A stretch of DNA of 63,934 nt, the filler included, from Lenisia limosa (taxonomy: Eukaryota; Protista; Breviatea), in the NCBI GenBank assembly GCA_001655205.1. It is 11 parts of 11 records of this genome, joined end to end, with 100 filler letters (N's around TTAATTAATTAA, not from the genome) between each part and the next. Parts side by side here need not be neighbours in the genome. Positions count along the whole stretch, not along the records: positions 59,919 to 61,318 come from LPNZ01004883.1; positions 61,419 to 62,801 come from LPNZ01009567.1; positions 62,902 to 63,934 come from LPNZ01011534.1; 8 more parts are not named here. One strand, 5' to 3'. Positions within the stretch are counted from its first letter, which is position 1; each line of letters opens with the position of its first letter. Of this stretch, positions 60,411 to 63,934 are shown piece by piece. The notes under the pieces are model-generated. The model was not told the origin of the DNA and did not search any database. It was given only the letters and a program-made list of their open reading frames with translations. The position numbers were made by a program, and so were the translations under genes.

Positions 60411-62097
60411 GTAGGTTGATAATTTCTTTCTAAGGGGTGATGGAGGGGAAGTCATACATACAGTTGTAAATGAGTGGGGTTATGTCAACAATGACTGCGA
60501 TAAGTCTTGACACGATTGACTAAAGATACTTGCCCGTTTTCTTTCTTGTCTACAGTTTTGCTTTACAAGTGATATAGCATATTTGTAGCATAGTTNNNNN
60601 NNNNNNNNNNNNNNNNNNNNNNNNNNNNNNNNNNNNNNNNNNNNNNNNNNNNNNNNNNNNNNNNNNNNNNNNNNNNNNNNNNNNNNNNNNNNNNNNNNNN
60701 NNNNNNNNNNNNNNNNNNNNNNNNNNNNNNNNNNNNNNNNNNNNNNNNNNNNNNNNNNNNNNNNNNNNNNTATATAGTATATCGATATAGCGTGGGGAAA
60801 GGTGTTGTTTTGTTGTTTTCCTCACCATCTTCAGTTTCATCGCCCACTCCCACGACCATCACTGTCGGCTCTCCTCTTCCCGTGCCAATCAAGTATGTGG
60901 GACTGTTGTTTGTTTATGCTCAAACAAAATATATATTTCAAGTTAATAATACACAGAGCAATGCTTTTTTTATTCTTTGAGGAAATTGACACTATTTGAA
61001 ATTAAAGTGTGGGTTTTTCTGAGTTCGGGAATTTTCATTAGTTTAATCACACTACGACTCAATGTATCTATTTATATGTATACCAGGCCCTTGTAATTTC
61101 CTAGGAAACTTCCCCCGAAACTAGCTGTCAAAAGTGTCTCAAAAGCCAAAACAGGACCGGTAAGTTGCTACCCCCTCCCCTCCTTTTTTTTAAAGAAATT
61201 GAATATTAATATAATCAGGATCCTTTTCAGACTCCACCCCCCATCCCAATTTATTTAGTGGGTATTATTATTAGGGCTTCCCTGTGGTTCCTCGATAAAT
61301 ATCGATATTTTGACACTCNNNNNNNNNNNNNNNNNNNNNNNNNNNNNNNNNNNNNNNNNNNNTTAATTAATTAANNNNNNNNNNNNNNNNNNNNNNNNNN
61401 NNNNNNNNNNNNNNNNNNGAAAAAAAAAGAAAAAAAAAACCAAATCAACTCGCTTGGCTGACAACCTGGAGTGCCATATTCCAGGATTCTTGTCCCAGAT
61501 CGAGCTCGTAATTTTACTTTTTCGTGGTTTTGGTGACAAGATTTTTTCTATTTCAGAAACAAATTTTGGATCAGGGGCTCGGTTTCGATTAATGCATTTC
61601 ATATTTAATTCACAATCATATCACTAACATTCTTCCAGAAAGCCCTACCATCATACCCTCATTTTTCACCGCCTCAAATTAAGTAGACATGTTAACTCNN
61701 NNNNNNNNNNNNNNNNNNNNNNNNNNNNNNNNNNNNNNNNNNNNNNNNNNNNNNNNNNNNNNNNNNNNNNNNNNNNNNNNNNNNNNNNNNNNNNNNNNNN
61801 NNNNNNNNNNNNNNNNNNNNNNNNNNNNNNNNNNNNNNNNNNNNNNNNNNNNNNNNNNNNNNNNNNNNNNNNNNNNNNNNNNNNNNNNNNNNNNNNNNNN
61901 NNNNNNNNNGATATTTACCTTAGTGTATAATTTTTAATAAAACCCTTAACTCTCTCCCCCCAATATTACACATTTTTGTGACAACTGTAAAGGAGTGATG
62001 GGCTTTTTATTTTATTCATGAGCCCATCCACAACCATAGTTGTATCATTTAAAAAGGCTCTTAAATCCTTTATTATCTTGTCACTTGTGGTGCTTTT

Positions 62098-62193
62098 CTA
62101 CGGTCCCAAAAAAAGACTGAATTTCTCGATATATCCTACATAAATATATATAGTAGATATTTTAATGGTCTTTTTCGGACCGTAGGGAAGCCC
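62098..62193. mobile_element. Family D MITE-like inverted-repeat element
   Basis: CTACGGTCCCAAAAAAAGAC...GTCTTTTTCGGACCGTAG followed by GGAAGCCC. Related pieces at ~38817, ~50452, ~51175-51237 and ~61272. Confidence 0.55.
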
Positions 62194-62901
62194 TAGATAT
62201 CATATTTAATTCAGCTCTCTAACCCTCCAAGGCCGGAGCCTTGATTGTAACAAGTGTGGCAAGTGCGTGTGAGAAAGTCCTTCTCCCAAACATCTCGGTA
62301 AGAGCTACATACTATTTTCGTTATTAGCACCACCAAGAATTAAAACCACATTATGTCAGCTTTCTCACATTATCACGATTCTAGTATTGAAAATGAAAAT
62401 GTTTTAAATATTATCACCTTCCTCAAGTCACCATATCAGAACCAAGACGGGGCCACACTCTATGCAGCTTCTCGAAGCCTCACGGTACTCAGTAAATGCA
62501 TGGCCCTGAAGTCGAGCAAGGTAGGGAGGGGTATTTGGGGTTCTTTTTTTGGGTGTTTATATCTTGGTGGTCCCCTAGTCATAGACAAGACCAAACTCTC
62601 TCTTCACCCCTTTCCTACTAATCATACCTCATACCCCATACCCCATCATTTTAAAGCAAAACCCTACTCTTCTATGACGCAATCTACCGTATCCCTCTCT
62701 TAGTCGTTTTATTTCATAATTTCTTCATCTTTACAACTCAACAGAGTTGAGGCTTTTTCTTGTTGTTACACATTGTCCAATTTACCCCCGATGCGGTGCT
62801 ANNNNNNNNNNNNNNNNNNNNNNNNNNNNNNNNNNNNNNNNNNNNTTAATTAATTAANNNNNNNNNNNNNNNNNNNNNNNNNNNNNNNNNNNNNNNNNNN
62901 N

Positions 62902-63900
62902 ATGGAAACATTGAATGGATCAAATCCATCGGGTGAATAACCGCAGTCTTGCTGGGAGGCTTTGATAACAGAAAAAGATGGATATTTTAGAGCGTTCGCA
63001 ATAATATTTGCCACTTCTTTTTCGTGCATGTCTCTAGAAAGTCAACAATCGATCACTACCGACCTTTTTGAATTGACAGTTAAATATTTACTGAGCTCAA
63101 GTTGCTGTTTGAAGTTAACCTTGGCATGATAATAGCTATCCGCAACCTATAAAAAATGAATTATGCATGATTCCTTTTATAGCTAGTTATCCACAAACCT
63201 GGAGCATATGAGAAGTAAATGGCGGTTCCAGAACAATAATGACTCCACTTCTGAGGAAAGCCGAACAAGTAACCTTGAATAGATAAAATATGAAGAACAT
63301 AACCAACTGCTGGTGTGATATGCACTCTTGCATTGTCTCCAATTACAATAATTGGATCAAAAGGAGATGCATGGTGGGCTTTTCCAAGCAAATCCAAAGA
63401 CCAAAGAAATGATTCTGCTGTAAAATAGGCACTCAGATTGACCCCAATAACCTCCATTCCCACATCCCTAGCAGCTTTGATGGCTTCTTCAGATGGTTTT
63501 CTCATTTCCTTTGGTGAATAATCAGAGTTATTAATAGTTTTAATCATGTCTTTTAAAGAATCATTTAATCCAAAACAAGAAGGGATAGGGTCTTGAACAA
63601 ACTTAACATTCCCTCGGCCTTCTGCTTTGTTATAACAATACTCCCCTCCAATGATAATGGGAGACTTTACAATTTGACAAGCCAGGTTGGACATTGAAAT
63701 GGCGGAAGCAAGAGGACGGTTTTTTACTCCTTCCCATTTGCCACTCATGAACGCAATTTCATCAAACACAATGACTCGACTGACATCAAAATCGCATTCT
63801 GGGGATGACTCAACCAGTTTTTTCACAACATTCTGTATGAGTTCTTTTGCAGTTGACGCAGCGAGAGGAAACTTTAAGAGCTGAACTGTATCAACTGCAG
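62902..63900 (-). mobile_element. pogo/Fot1-type DDE_1 transposase with spliceosomal introns, partial
   Basis: VIVFDE, then GDNARVHITPA; removing introns 63274-63307 and 63147-63198 gives GVIIVLEPPFTSHMLQVAD. Confidence 0.72.
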
Positions 63901-63934
63901 CTTATTTCATACCTCTTTGATATCTTTGTCTGAT

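Overview
This is a draft assembly of an intron-rich microbial eukaryote using the standard code, with GT-AG introns mostly 40-300 nt long. The ORF track is therefore mostly exon fragments. Ten 100-nt gaps carrying a TTAATTAATTAA linker split the window into 11 contigs, and there are many smaller N gaps. Genes rebuilt by hand from exons: ERK7/MAPK15-like kinase, a coiled-coil protein, a centrosomin-motif (CM1) protein, Ran, ZNF511-like, a PAP2_3/IPC-synthase-like enzyme, RPL30, FAM192A/NIP30, a 2-oxoglutarate/malate-type mitochondrial carrier, CIA2/FAM96B, a two-domain purine nucleoside phosphorylase, a type I membrane protein ending YQRL, LanC-like, APMAP/strictosidine-synthase-like, an ankyrin protein, a degenerate dynein-heavy-chain-like gene, tRNA-Leu(CAA) and two pogo-type DDE transposases (one with introns). 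The main signal is a ~130-150 nt dispersed element with about 19 full or partial copies. Wherever the host gene is known it lies in an intron on the sense strand, and it usually ends at the 3' splice site (...TTTTACCCCC..AG). That makes it an introner-like or splice-site-donating element. A second intronic repeat and two MITE families are also present. All family assignments come from motifs recognised by eye; no searches were run.
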